A stretch of 64,000 nt of DNA from an uncultured delta proteobacterium. GTDB lineage: Bacteria; Myxococcota; Myxococcia; Myxococcales; Myxococcaceae. The notes under the pieces are model-generated. The model was given only the letters and a program-made list of their open reading frames with translations, did not search any database and was not told the origin of the DNA. Shown piece after piece: positions 46,701-56,356 of the stretch (position 1 is the first letter of the stretch; each line of letters opens with the position of its first letter). The position numbers were made by a program, and so were the translations under genes. Location: NCBI GenBank assembly GCA_963771175.1, contig CAVYSY010000039.1, forward strand, positions 288,001 to 352,000. Direction: 5' to 3'.

Positions 46701-47317
46701 AGGTAGCGCTTCACCGCGTCGTCGCGCCGGCCGAGCTCCTGCAGGTTGTAGCCGAGGTAGAAGAGGATCTCGTCGCGCTGCGGCCAGTCCGCGTAGGCGC
46801 TCAGCAGCTCCTCGTAGATGCGCATCGTCTCGGCGCGGTAGCGCTCGCTGTCGCGGTGGTCCTCCTTGGGCGCCTCCAGCTTCTCGCCCCGGGCGGTGGC
46901 CGCGTCATGAACCTTCTCCTCCGCCAGGTAGCGGTTCATCTCCTGCTGGTAGAGGTACTTGGACTTCTCCCAGTAGAGCTCGGCCAGGCGGTAGAGCATG
47001 TCCGCCTTGCGGTGCGAGCCCTCCTGCAGCTTGGGGATGAGGCGCTTGAAGCCCTCGATGGCCTCGTCGCGCTTGCGATCCGCCAGCCCATCCTTCTTCG
47101 CGTCGGCGATGCGGGGCGTGTTGTCCAGCGCCGCCGGCCCCATGCGTGCCGGCCCCTGACGCTCCGAGTCACGACGCGCGGGCTCCTGGCGCGCGGCTTC
47201 CTTACGAGCCTGCGCTGCCTGGGATGGCTTGCGAGAAGGCTGTGCCGCCTCCCCTGCTCCGCCCGTGGTGAGCGCCACGCCCACCACCAGCGCACCGAAA
47301 CGAAGGACCGCCTTCAT
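43733..47317 (-). CDS. nfsD: GltD/AgmU-like large TPR protein (NfsD, 1194 aa)
   Basis: Signal peptide; extensive TPRs; C-terminal EWGIAAITRIG...LPLEDKS...YNEWT motif. Confidence 0.8.
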   Translation of the reverse strand: MKAVLRFGALVVGVALTTGGAGEAAQPSRKPSQAAQARKEAARQEPARRDSERQGPARMGPAALDNTPRIADAKKDGLADRKRDEAIEGFKRLIPKLQEGSHRKADMLYRLAELYWEKSKYLYQQEMNRYLAEEKVHDAATARGEKLEAPKEDHRDSERYRAETMRIYEELLSAYADWPQRDEILFYLGYNLQELGRRDDAVKRYLQLIQEFPQSQFVPDTYVQLGNHYFDNNKLKEARDYYEKARVSKVPKVYAYAVYKLAWCDFNGGAYEEGLAKLQEVVDYAEARGEELGDLKTEALNDLTLFYVQLDKPAEGIVYFKKKAPQKRQTRLISKMAGGLVEAGHFDSAIKTYRVLINDAPMGPSAPEYQQSIVRCYEGLRQRNQVRTEMKRMVELYRPGAAWWRANGDNKAVLRNAFSVTEEAMRVMVTDYHQEAQKTRQVETYKLARDIYKQYVDAFASSDDPEFVADAAFNMRFFYAEILWALEEWEAAAAEYDTVVAFKIPDRDSAREVSNEAYRKNASFAAIMAYDKLVKIERGQLSKSDLKDGQKVDENKSKGHVEKKGRLTKKDTDQAEEPLTRFEERLVAACDTYNTLYPDNPDEIDLRYQSALIVYDRHHYLEAARRFGEIINKFPAERRSRDAADLTMYVLESREEWLELNQLSRKFLANEKLLKPSPEFAARVARVVEGSQYKWIHEVVYQKEKNPAKAAELFLEYVKEFPRSENADRALTSAMVIFQEAGQLDRGADAGVRVLTDYAGSVFEPKVRYTLARLYEKLAEFRKAAAMYAAFVDAHDAAMRSVDARKAKKAKAAPKKGKDAKESLSGDAPSADEARAQKDEERRELLAEASAWVPDALFNAGLWWEGVGESDKALTAYRAYMARFKDRPDVPRIAYNLGLVHEKDGKWAEAARAFDSFVETYGRDSRTAGGQVYLARYRQLLAYRKVKNTREAERVQGELVRGWSRLPAQERQRPELLNAYGHARFLALEPDWQRYVDIKFKRVSTIRRDLAAKQQSIQRLEKAYTDVAATGSGEWGIAAITRIGLAYADFARNILESPDPSGLDEEQLAMYRGELENLALPLEDKSTEVLEKALGKAYELSLYNEWTLAAQEQVNRYRPGVYAQVRQVPYRGSEFFVTADVAKDSDLGASGQADVTPEPAAPAAPAAPEPAPKAVPPAGSAAPTPPTASGEVLP

Positions 47318-47368
47318 GCGAGCTCCTGTGGTGGGTCCGAAGGAAGAAGTGCTCCAGCTCGCGCGGCA

Positions 47369-48904
47369 TCACTGCTGCTGGAGCTTCGCCGGGCAGCCGC
47401 GCTTGAGCGTGTACTGGTAGTAGCCAATCTCGTCGCGCCAGAACTCGCCCTGGAACTTCCAGTAGTTCCACGCGGCTCCCGGCATCTTCGGCCGGTAGAT
47501 GGACTGGCTCTTGAGCACCGCCTTCTGATCCACCCCCGCGAGCAGCAGATCCTTCTCGTCGAGCGCTGTCTGCACGCGGATGATCTCCGCCTGATCCGCG
47601 AAGGTGCGCAGGTTCTGTGCGGCCTCCTGCAGACGGCTCTTGGCGAAGCGACCGCCGATCTGGATGAGCGTGCCTCGCACCTCCTCCAGCAAACCCACCA
47701 TGTCCGGAACGACTCCCGTGCCGCGCCAGGAGTCCAGCTCGTTGAGTGCGCGCTTCTCCTCGTCCACCTGGGCGATCATCCGCATGACGTCCTGGATGCG
47801 CTCGTTGTCGCGGATCCACAGGTACACGGGGCCGGGCAGCCGCCGGTTCTCCGCCGCCACCAGGTTGTACGCGGACAGCAGTTCCACGTCCTCCCCGGTG
47901 AAGGGCTCGAGCTGCTTCGCCATGGGCTCGTAGAGCTGGTCGAAGGCGGCCAGCGTGGTCTTCACCTCGTCGAAGAGGCAGCTGTAGTAGTAGACGGTCG
48001 CCTTGAGGATCCACGACTCGGGCTGGAAGGCGCCCTCGAACTGGGGAGCGTGCAGCGCCTGGAGGCTGCCGAGCGCCCCGCCGAAGTCCTCGCTCTGGAA
48101 GCGGGCGAAGCCGTTCTCGAAGAGGGCCTGGTCCCAGAAGCGGGCGTAGCGAGGCACGGCCTCGTAGGCGGCGATGGCCTGCGGGTACTCGTGGCGGCCG
48201 TAGTGCAGGCGCCCCATGGCCAGCAGCGCGAGCTGCCGCACCTCGTCCTTGCCGATCTGCTCGCCCTTGGCGTCCAGCGAGTGGCGGAAGGCACTCAGCG
48301 CGGCGGCATCCAGCGTATCCGCCTCGGCGGGACGGCCGGGGAAGCGCGGATCCGCCAGCACCACGCCCAGCAGGTAGCGCGAGCGTGAATAGACGCGGCT
48401 GTCGGGCGGCACCGCCTCGAGCATCGCGCGCGCCTCCTCGAAGCGACCGCGGCGCTGGCTGATGGTGCCCACCAGGTAGTTGACGCGGGCGAGCACCTCC
48501 TTGGGCAGCCGCACCCACTGGTCCCGCACCTCGGGCGTGTACGCCTTGTCGAGGATGTTGGGCACGAGGTTCTGCTCGTTGAGCTTCTGCTGCACGTCCA
48601 CGAGCCCCTCCAGCGCCTGGAGGTAGTTCGGGTGCGTGGGGCCGGCGTTGACGATCCGCGCGTAGTTGACGAGCGCGCTGACGGGCATGCCCTTCCGGGC
48701 GAAGGACTGCGCCAGGTAGTACTCGGACCGGGCGCGCACGTCGGCGTCCATCGCGTTCGAGGACAGCTCGAAGAAGCGCGGGGCCGCATCATCCAGCTTG
48801 CCCGCGTTGAAGGCCGCGAGCGCCTGGTTGTACGCGTTCATGTCCTGCGCGGTGGCGACCAGCGGCGCGAGGACCAGGAAGGCGGAGAGAATCAATCGGT
48901 GCAT
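47369..48904 (-). CDS. nfsC: GltC-like TPR protein (NfsC)
   Basis: Signal peptide; ALFENGFARF, ALGSLQAL, terminal WKFQGEFWRDEIGYY. Confidence 0.8.
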   Translation of the reverse strand: MHRLILSAFLVLAPLVATAQDMNAYNQALAAFNAGKLDDAAPRFFELSSNAMDADVRARSEYYLAQSFARKGMPVSALVNYARIVNAGPTHPNYLQALEGLVDVQQKLNEQNLVPNILDKAYTPEVRDQWVRLPKEVLARVNYLVGTISQRRGRFEEARAMLEAVPPDSRVYSRSRYLLGVVLADPRFPGRPAEADTLDAAALSAFRHSLDAKGEQIGKDEVRQLALLAMGRLHYGRHEYPQAIAAYEAVPRYARFWDQALFENGFARFQSEDFGGALGSLQALHAPQFEGAFQPESWILKATVYYYSCLFDEVKTTLAAFDQLYEPMAKQLEPFTGEDVELLSAYNLVAAENRRLPGPVYLWIRDNERIQDVMRMIAQVDEEKRALNELDSWRGTGVVPDMVGLLEEVRGTLIQIGGRFAKSRLQEAAQNLRTFADQAEIIRVQTALDEKDLLLAGVDQKAVLKSQSIYRPKMPGAAWNYWKFQGEFWRDEIGYYQYTLKRGCPAKLQQQ

Positions 48905-48915
48905 GGGCGCGGGCC

Positions 48916-50071
48916 TCAGAAGAGAAGGGAGAAGCCGGCGTAGAAGCCGAGGTTGTTGAGCACGTCCGAGGAGGGATTGCCGACCAGGTCCTTCCCCAGG
49001 ACGATGTCCTCGCGGTAGTTCTTGCGCGTCTTCGGGTCCACCCCGTCGAACTTCTGGTACTGGCAGCCTCCGCTCAGCCCCAGCTCCGAGAAGGGCGCCC
49101 CGCTGCCTCGGGCATCCTCCAGCTTCTGGAAGTCCTGCAGGTTGCAGCCGTCCACGCGATCCACGCGGGCGGTGTAGATCTGATCGCGCACCTCCAGGCG
49201 CACGGCCATGGAGTCGCCGAACTGCACGCGGAAGCCGCCACCCACCGAGCCGAGGAACTTCGTCCCCGTGTCACCGAAGCGCGCCGGGACGGTGAACGAC
49301 TCCCCATCCACCTCGTTGGAGACTTCGGGGCGGATGAGCACGCGCGTGGAGCCGATGCCCGCGCCACCGTTGATCACCAGGCTGAACTGCAGCAGGTGGT
49401 CGTCGTAGAAGGCGAACTTGCCGTAGAGCGGCGTCACCTCGACGCCCGCCTGCGCCCCCCACACCAGCAGCAGCGCCGAAGCCGCCTGCGCCTGCTCGCG
49501 CACCTTGTCGATGAGCTCCAGGTTGAAGAAGCTCTCGTTGGAGTACCAGTTGTACTGGGTGGACACCTGGAGGCCGAAGTTCTCCTGCAGGTGGTACGTG
49601 TAGTGGAGCGCGGTGCCGGTGTGCTGGGTGAACTGGCCGTTCACCTGTGCCACCACCGGGTAGAGCGAGAACTCGTGCCTGCCCTCGTCCGCGAAGCGCT
49701 TCTTCTGCACCACGTGGACGGCCACGTTCGGGTTGTGCAGCGGCGCCCCGTTCACCAGCCGTTGCTGGTTCGGGTCCGCCACCGGCTGCAGCTCGAGCGC
49801 CTCGGACGAGGCCAGCGGCGCATCCGGCACCGTGACGGGCGTCTGGGCCTCCGGCGCCTGCTCGGACGTGGAGCGGCTCGGGCTGCTCGGCCTCGGGCCG
49901 CTGCGGCCGGGGCTCTGGCTTCACGGGGATGGGCGCCATCTCCGAGGGAGTCGCGGGGAGGTCCCGCGGAGCCGCGGCGGAGGCGGTGGGCCGCGCGGAC
50001 TGGGGCGCCTGGGCCAGGGCCGCCGGAGCAGCCGCGGCCAGGAGGAACGCGAAGAGCGAGGTGGGTCGCAT
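48916..50071 (-). CDS. nfsB: GltB-like outer-membrane beta-barrel (NfsB; apparent frameshift 49860-49900)
   Basis: Signal peptide MRPTSLFAFLL; VVQKKRF...RHEFS, TPLYGKF, RLEVRD; terminal F. Confidence 0.75.
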
Positions 50072-50084
50072 GGGGACGTCAGCC

Positions 50085-50903
50085 TCAGAAGAGGAAGGTG
50101 TAGCCAAGGTCGAACTGCACCAGGTGCGTCAGACCCGGGTTGGGCGCGGGCTCACCACTCTCCCGCCCCGCCTCCCAGTCCTCGCGCGACACGTTCACGC
50201 GGTACTGGTCCATGAAGACCCAGTCGCGCAGCTCGAAGCGGAGGGCGTGCTGGCCTCCCGGCAGGAAGAAGCGGAACCCCGCCGCCCCGGAGGCCACTGG
50301 CGCCACGCGCGACTCGACGCGCCAGTAGTTCTCGGTCGCGGTGGAGCGATCGATCGGGTCCGTCCGGTTGTCACAGATGCCCAGCTCGCGATCCTTCACC
50401 TGGGTGCACTGGATCACCGACTGGCGCCGCAGCGAGGCCAGCCCGCCGCCGCCCCAGAGGTACACCTGGAAGTGGACCGTCACGTCGGCCAGCAGCGACA
50501 GCTTGCCGTAGATGGGCGCCCAGCGGGCCCCCACCACGCCGTGCAGATTCATCTCCCACAGGTCCTCGAGCTCGTCGGTGATCTTCTTGTCGTCCCGGCT
50601 GAGGAAGCTCTCGGAGATGGAGCGCGCCAGGCCCGTCTGGCGGCTGAGCGCATAGCCGGCGCGGGCCTCCACGCCGAACGTGTTGAAGAGGTTGTAGGCG
50701 ACGCCGACGTTCAGGTTGTAGTGCGCCGTCAGGTACTCGCGCAGCGGCAGGCCCACCGTGAAGGACACCTCCATGTTCTCCTCCGGAGAGAAGAGCCGGT
50801 GGCGCACGACGGCCGGATCCAACACCTGCTCCTGGGCCGAGGCGGACAGCGCCGTCAGCAGGAGCGCCAGCGAAACGAAGCGGGGTAGCGTTCGTGCAGT
50901 CAT
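50085..50903 (-). CDS. nfsA: GltA-like outer-membrane beta-barrel (NfsA)
   Basis: Signal peptide; VVRHRLF, WAPIYGKLSL, RFELRD; terminal YTFLF. Confidence 0.75.
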   Translation of the reverse strand: MTARTLPRFVSLALLLTALSASAQEQVLDPAVVRHRLFSPEENMEVSFTVGLPLREYLTAHYNLNVGVAYNLFNTFGVEARAGYALSRQTGLARSISESFLSRDDKKITDELEDLWEMNLHGVVGARWAPIYGKLSLLADVTVHFQVYLWGGGGLASLRRQSVIQCTQVKDRELGICDNRTDPIDRSTATENYWRVESRVAPVASGAAGFRFFLPGGQHALRFELRDWVFMDQYRVNVSREDWEAGRESGEPAPNPGLTHLVQFDLGYTFLF

Positions 50904-50926
50904 GGTCCCTGTGGGGCCACGATGTG

Positions 50927-50942
50927 TGCACGCGCCTTCCCA
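50927..50942 (-). promoter_or_regulatory. Possible sigma54 promoter of the nfs operon
   Basis: TGGGAAGGCGCGTGCA (GG-N10-GC) about 24 bp upstream of the nfsA ATG. Confidence 0.4.
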
Positions 50943-51037
50943 TGAGCAATGGAGCGGGCGCTCCAGTGGGGCGCAGTTCGCATCCCCGGGGCGAGGAGCG
51001 ACCGCTGGCCAACGTTTCGAGCCCCTCCCGAGCCCGC

Positions 51038-51080
51038 AAACACGAACGCCCCGCCCGGGAAACCCGGAGCGGGGCGTCGT
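51038..51080 (-). terminator. Intrinsic terminator after rplC
   Basis: Minus strand ACGACGCCCCGCTCCGGG-ttt-CCCGGGCGGGGCGTTCGT followed by GTTT. Confidence 0.65.
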
Positions 51081-51173
51081 GGCTGGACCCTGTGGCGGTG
51101 CCTGGAGGCTCGGTAGGACGAGGAACCCGGCCCTCTCCTGGTCAGGAGAGGGAGCACACACAGGGTTACCGCA

Positions 51174-51851
51174 TTACTTGCCGCGGGAGGCCTTGTGCTG
51201 CTCGCGCATCGCGACCTTGATGCTCGGGCGGACGACGACGATGCCGTCGTTGTGGCCGGGGACGGCGCCCTTGATGAGGAGCAGGCCCTTCTCCACGTCC
51301 ACGTCCACCACGGTCAGGTTCTGGGTGGTCACCTGCTCCACGCCGTAGTGACCGGGCATCTTCTTGTTCGGGTACACGCGGCCAGGCGTCTTACGCTGAC
51401 CGATGGCGCCCGGGTGACGCTGGTACTCGTGCGTACCGTGCGTCTTCGTCTGCGAGCCCTGGAAGTTCCAGCGCCGCATGACGCCCGCGAAGCCACGGCC
51501 CTTGGTGATGCCGGTGACGTCCACGAGCTGGCCCTTGGTGAACAGGTCCGCCTTGACGGCGTCGCCCACGTTGAAGCCCGCGGCCTCCTCCGCGGAGACC
51601 CGGAACTCCTTCAGGTGACGGCGCGGCGGCGCGTTGGCCTTCTTGAAGGAGCCGATCTGCGCCTTGCGTCAGGCGCTTCTCGCTGGATCTCCCCGAAGCC
51701 CAGCGCCACGCGCCGAGTACTTGTCCTTCTCCGGGGTGCGCTTGCCCACGACCACGCAGGTGTTGACGTCGATCACCGTCACCGGGACGAGGTTACCCTC
51801 GTCGTTGAACACCTGGGTCATTCCAATCTTCTTGCCAATCAGACCCTTCAC
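51174..51851 (-). CDS. rplC: 50S ribosomal protein L3 (apparent insertions near 51660-51705)
   Basis: [15 protein letters not shown]...[46 protein letters not shown]. Confidence 0.96.
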
Positions 51852-51945
51852 GTCGTCCTCACAGCTCGCGCGTCGTGGCGCGAAAACATCAATGATTCCA
51901 GCAGGTTGCGTCCGACTTCAGTCCCCGGACGCCAGGAAGCGGCGC

Positions 51946-51973
51946 AATGTAGCAGCTTGCCCCCCACCGTCAA
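51946..51973 (-). promoter_or_regulatory. Sigma70/SigA-type promoter of rplC
   Basis: TTGACG-N16-TACATT about 95 bp upstream of the GTG start. Confidence 0.6.
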
Positions 51974-51995
51974 GCACGGAGGGAGGGGCCCCGCT

Positions 51996-52771
51996 TCACT
52001 GCGCGCGATCCAATCGCGGGTAGAACGGTGCGAGCTGGCGCATCGGCGATGCGCTGGGCGTACACGTCCTCGCCGAGGAGGAACAACGCCTGATCCAGGT
52101 AGTCCTCCGCGGCCTGGACCTCCTCCTCCTTGTCGGCGATCGCCGGGTCGAGCTCCGCCATGGCCTCATCGAGGACCTCCTTGCGGGCGGCCAGCTCGTC
52201 CTCCAGCTCGAGCAGGCGCTTGTGGGCCAGGATGCCGGCGGCACCGGGCTGACCGGGCCTGGGAGTGAGCGCCTGGGCGACATCCCGCTCCAGGTTCTCC
52301 ACCTCGCGGGTGAGCCGCATCTGCTGGATGCGGTTCTTCTTCAGGTTCTCGCGGGAGACGCCCAGCTTGGACTCGTCCTGGGTGGTGAGCTCCAGGTCGG
52401 CGTGCTTCTGCTCCACCTTCTTGAGCGCGTCCTGGGCGTACCGGAGGTCCGCGCGGCGGGTGGACAGCGTCTTGCGGAGGGTCTTCGTCCGCCCCTCCAC
52501 GGCGTCCACCGCCTTCTTCCACTTCTTCACGATTTCGAACTGGGCCGCCCGGCTCCGCCTCGTGCTGGGCGAGGTAGTCCTGCCAGACCGCGTCCTCGTC
52601 GTTCATCTGCTGCTCGAGCGCGGCCAGCTCATCCCGCCGGGCCACCAGCGCCTCCTCGGCGCGGTAGACCCGGTCCATGGTGCGAGGGCAGTTGGGCTTG
52701 CCCGCGAGGCGATCCCTCGCGAGATCCCCCAGCTGGAAGATCAGATCGTTGTAGCTGTCGGCCTTGGCCAT
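51996..52771 (-). CDS. Coiled-coil hypothetical protein (apparent frameshifts near 52550 and 52035)
   Basis: MAKADSYNDLIFQLG... joins KKWKKAVDAVEGR...; heptad-rich. Confidence 0.7.
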
Positions 52772-52804
52772 GCCCCCTGTTTTACAGGGAAGGCAAGCGG
52801 GCTG

Positions 52805-53281
52805 TCAGCTTTCAGCCGGAGCGGCGGCGACCGAGGAGGCGTTGGCCTCGGCGGCGGCCTGGGCGGCCCCTTCGGCGAGGGCGAAGAGCTCCCGGGCCCG
52901 ATCCTGCTCCTCGGTGCGGTTGAGCTCGCAGACCCAGGCGCTGGAGAGGTCCGCGTGCTGGCGGGCCAGCTCGGCGGTGGACTCGTAGCGGGCCGCGGAG
53001 GCCCGGGCGAAGGCGCCCTCCCGGCGCAGCTCCAGCACGGTATCGCCGTCGAGGATGAGCTCCTCGGGCGGCACGGGCAGCGGCCCGCGTCCGAGCGCCG
53101 CCAGCCGGGCCAGCAGCCGCGAGGCGTGCGCCCGGCAGAAAGCGGCGAGCACCATCAACCGCGCCCGCCCGCGGCTATCGCCGAGGCGTTCGGCGAGCAT
53201 CGTCATGCGACGCGCCGAAACCACCTCGGATTCCCAGGCCGCGGCCAGCGCCGCGGCCAAGCGGGTATGCCTTGCACCCAT
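52805..53281 (-). CDS. Helical hypothetical protein, possibly a degenerate ferritin/rubrerythrin-like fold
   Basis: Four-helix pattern with WESE, CRAH, RREG and EEQDR at ExxH-like positions; GGAGG RBS. Confidence 0.6.
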   Translation of the reverse strand: MGARHTRLAAALAAAWESEVVSARRMTMLAERLGDSRGRARLMVLAAFCRAHASRLLARLAALGRGPLPVPPEELILDGDTVLELRREGAFARASAARYESTAELARQHADLSSAWVCELNRTEEQDRARELFALAEGAAQAAAEANASSVAAAPAES

Positions 53282-53351
53282 CAGCCCTCCCCAAGTCCAG
53301 CCCCCGATCCCGGCTCGAAGCTAGGGATGGACTCCTGCGGATTCAACCGAG

Positions 53352-54426
53352 TCACCCGAAAGCGCGCTCCATCAACCAATACCCGCCGGCCGCGAGGATG
53401 AGGAGGGAGAGAGCGCGCACCGTTGGCTGGTGGACCCGAGGTCGTCGTTGCACCAGCCGCACGAGCGGCAACAGCGCGGCGACGACGGCCGTCTGCCCCA
53501 GCTCCACCCCCAGGTTGAAGCCGAACAGTCCCGTCACCACCGAGTCCCCCAGGCCATAGCCGCGCAGCACGCTGGCGAAGCCGAAGCCGTGGATCAGCCC
53601 GAAGAGGAACGTGAGGACGGCCCGGTGGCGGTGCTCGCGCAGCACCAGGTTCTCCACCGCCACCCAGATGATGGACACGGCGATGGCCGCCTCCACCCAG
53701 CGGGTGCGCGCCTCGTCCAGGAGGATGAAGCCCAGCGCGGTGGCTCCCAGGGTGAGCGAGTGCGCCACGGTGAAGGCCGTCACCAGCAGCAGCACCCGCC
53801 GGAAGCTGCCCCCCACCAGCAGCAGGGCCAGCAGGAAGGCCAGGTGATCGATCCCCGCGAAGATGTGGGTGAGCCCCAGGCCGATCCACTCGAGCAGGCC
53901 CGAGGGCTTCTCCTGGCCCTCCTGTCCCGGCTCGGACACCACGAGGGTGGGCTGGGAGGCATCCGCGAAGCGCTGCCCCTGCTCGCCCTGCACGGAGCTG
54001 CCGAGCACCACCTTGTAGTTGGCCGGCAGCACGGACAGCAGGGTGAAGCGCTGGCGCGAGCTCGCCGGGCGGACACGAGAAGGCGGCGCCGAGCTCCACG
54101 TACGTCTCGCGCACCCGGGCGGAGACCTCGGTGCGGGTGCAGGGCTGGCCGCCGGCGGACAGGGGGATGGCGTCCCAGATGCCCACGGCCAGCGCCGGGG
54201 CGCGCGCGTCCAGGTCCGCCTGGGTGAGCGTGCCGTCCCCGTCCGCGTCCGCGGGGATGAGCAGGGCGAGCGTCGGGGCCGTGAGGGTGATGCGCTCGCG
54301 CACCTCCGGCCCGCCCGCGCTGGGGCGCCAGAGCTGCGCGAAGAGGATGTCCGCGTCGTGAGCGCCCGCGCTCCCCGCCACCAGCAGGAGGGCGAGGGGT
54401 ACCGCCAATCGGGCCGTCCGCCACAT
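53352..54426 (-). CDS. HupE/UreJ family protein (apparent frameshift near 54060)
   Basis: Signal peptide AGA-H; LGLTHIFAGIDHLAF, FTVAHSLTL, FGLIHGFGFA, FNLGVELGQ. Confidence 0.9.
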
Positions 54427-54461
54427 GGGCCCGGCAGACTGCCCCCGGTCCCCGCCTCCGT

Positions 54462-55022
54462 CTACTCCTGGATGAATTCCAGGTGGATTTGCTGCCGGCC
54501 ACTCAAGCCCCCGTGCCGGGAGCCGCAGCGCGGGCAGAAGAGCGGCCCGTCCCAGTCCCAGAGGGCCTTCACCTCCTCGCCGCAGCACAGCAGGGGGATG
54601 ACCCTCAAGTCATCCGTGTCCTGGGGCATGGGCCCGGGCAACGCCTCCGGCTCCACGCTGACGAAGGTGGGCCGGGGGTTCAACGAGAGGGTGCGCGACA
54701 CGTAGGCGAGCTGCTCGTAGCGCACGTGGTTGGCCCAGGCGCGCGCCAGGGCCTCCACATGGGCCTGCTGCGCGGGGGTGAGCCACTCGTCCCCCGCCGC
54801 CCGGTGGCCGCAGTACAGGCACCACCAGTCCGGCACCTCGTCGAAGCTCTCGTGCGCGTTCTCGAAGGGAAAGAGCGAGGCCAGCCTCCGCTGGAGGATG
54901 CTCGCGTCGTGACGGCAGGGCCGCGTCTTGAAGTCCCTGTGACACACCGGACACTCGCGCCGCACGAAGCCGCTCGCGTCGCACGGCAGTTCCAGATGGG
55001 TGATCGCCGGCGCCCGGCTCAT
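54462..55022 (-). CDS. Multi-zinc-finger hypothetical protein
   Basis: GFVRRECPVC, WCLYCG, CCG and FCPRCG; ATGA overlap with the upstream small gene. Confidence 0.75.
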   Translation of the reverse strand: MSRAPAITHLELPCDASGFVRRECPVCHRDFKTRPCRHDASILQRRLASLFPFENAHESFDEVPDWWCLYCGHRAAGDEWLTPAQQAHVEALARAWANHVRYEQLAYVSRTLSLNPRPTFVSVEPEALPGPMPQDTDDLRVIPLLCCGEEVKALWDWDGPLFCPRCGSRHGGLSGRQQIHLEFIQE

Positions 55023-55174
55023 GCGAGAGCCCCTCGCCCCTTCCGCGCCGCCGCGAGGATGAGGGCCACCATCGAGAAGATCAGCAGCAGGTGGACCCAG
55101 TGACCCTCGGTCGAGCCGCTGATCAACCCGAGCACCCACAGTACGAACAGGATCGCGCTCATCGTCCAATACAC
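55019..55174 (-). CDS. Small membrane protein (lmo0937/DUF5670-like, 51 aa)
   Basis: (V)YWTMSAILFVLWVLGL...WVHLLLI pattern; AGGAG RBS. Confidence 0.7.
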   Translation of the reverse strand: MYWTMSAILFVLWVLGLISGSTEGHWVHLLLIFSMVALILAAARKGRGALA

Positions 55175-55357
55175 GCCGCCCGCTCCTCTCCCCTGGTTCC
55201 TGGAGGACCGAGCGAAGGTGGAGCCACTGACGGGCCGCGGCAACCCCTCCTTTCGACAGTCCCGGTGTGGGAAGGCGACTTCCCAGTTCGGACTTTTTTT
55301 CCGGTACGCCCCCTCCCTCCTCCCGGGCGTCCTCGTGATTCCAGGGGGTTGCCTTCC

Positions 55358-55373
55358 TGGCACGGTGACTGCT
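55358..55373 (+). promoter_or_regulatory. Sigma54 -24/-12 promoter of the lytic transglycosylase
   Basis: TGGCACGGTGACTGCT versus consensus TGGCACG-N4-TTGCW. Confidence 0.75.
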
Positions 55374-55439
55374 TTGGCCGGGCGTCGGCCACAAGGGGCA
55401 CGTGGCGCGGTCGTCGGTCACGGGCGGGGAGGGTGTGAG

Positions 55440-56156
55440 ATGAGAGGGTGGACGGCGGCGATGGTGGTGGCGGGCATGCTGGGAGGGACCGGGGCGCAAG
55501 CTTTCCAGCCCTTCTTCCCGGGGGAAGACAGTCCCGAGATGGTGGAGTTGCGCTCGAAGCTGGCCGAGCAGGAGGCCAACCTGGCGCGGCTCCAGGAGGA
55601 GTCGGCCCTCTATGAGGAGGCCGAGGTGCTGGGGGTGGTGGAGGCCGTGCAGGCCTCGCGGCTCCCGGAGCGTCAGCAGCGGCGCCTGGCGGTGGCGATC
55701 GTCCGCGAGGCCAGGCGCAACAAGCTGGACCCCATGCTGGTGGTGGCGCTCATCCGCTGCGAGAGCTCCTTCAACAACTACGCGGTGTCCCACGTCGGCG
55801 CGATGGGGCTGATGCAGGTGATGCCGGACACGGGCACCTATCTGGCGGACCGGGCGGGCTTCAAGCTGCAGCGCCACACCAATCTGTTCGACTCCGAGCT
55901 CAACGTGGAGCTGGGCACGGCCTACCTGGCGGATCTCATCGGTCGCTTCGGCTCGGTGGAGAAGGCGCTGGTGGCCTACAACGCGGGCCCCGGGCTGGCG
56001 AAGAAGATCCTCGCCAAGAAGGACAAGCGCGAGCAGTTCATGGCGGGCTACCCGACCAAGGTGATGCGTGAGTTCCGCAAGCTGAAGGCCCAGCAGGCGC
56101 GCGAGCTCACCCGGCTGGAGGAGAAGAAGACGTCCAACGGACCGGGACCGGGGTGA
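55440..56156 (+). CDS. Soluble lytic transglycosylase (SLT/GH23) with N-terminal coiled coil
   Basis: Signal peptide; catalytic CESSFN, GAMGLMQVMP, AYNAG. Confidence 0.93.
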   Translation: MRGWTAAMVVAGMLGGTGAQAFQPFFPGEDSPEMVELRSKLAEQEANLARLQEESALYEEAEVLGVVEAVQASRLPERQQRRLAVAIVREARRNKLDPMLVVALIRCESSFNNYAVSHVGAMGLMQVMPDTGTYLADRAGFKLQRHTNLFDSELNVELGTAYLADLIGRFGSVEKALVAYNAGPGLAKKILAKKDKREQFMAGYPTKVMREFRKLKAQQARELTRLEEKKTSNGPGPG

Positions 56157-56356
56157 CCGGTTACGGACACTCCGCTCGCTCGCTGTCAGACAGTGAGGCG
56201 GTTTTCTCGATGTCCTGCACTGCAACCCGGAAAAAACGTGCAGCACTCTACATCGCCGGTCTTGTGCGCCAGGGTGGGTGGTTCCACCCCGGGCCGGGCG
56301 TACCCGACACGCCCGGTTCTCAGGGACGCATGCAGCTACGAGGAGAGAGACACATC

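Noticed and set aside
43724..48388. 1554-aa plus-strand ORF and similar long antisense ORFs (10561-12390, 39791-41473, 21425-23158)
   Set aside because: Antisense shadows of GC3-rich genes; no recognisable motifs.
39328..50903. Calling this the gliding (glt) cluster or a novel secretion system
   Set aside because: The contiguous A-H order matches the known nfs paralogue; gliding glt genes are split between two loci in Myxococcus.
54462..56246. 594-aa minus-strand ORF
   Set aside because: Only the last 186 codons look like a real gene; the rest is antisense to the SLT gene.
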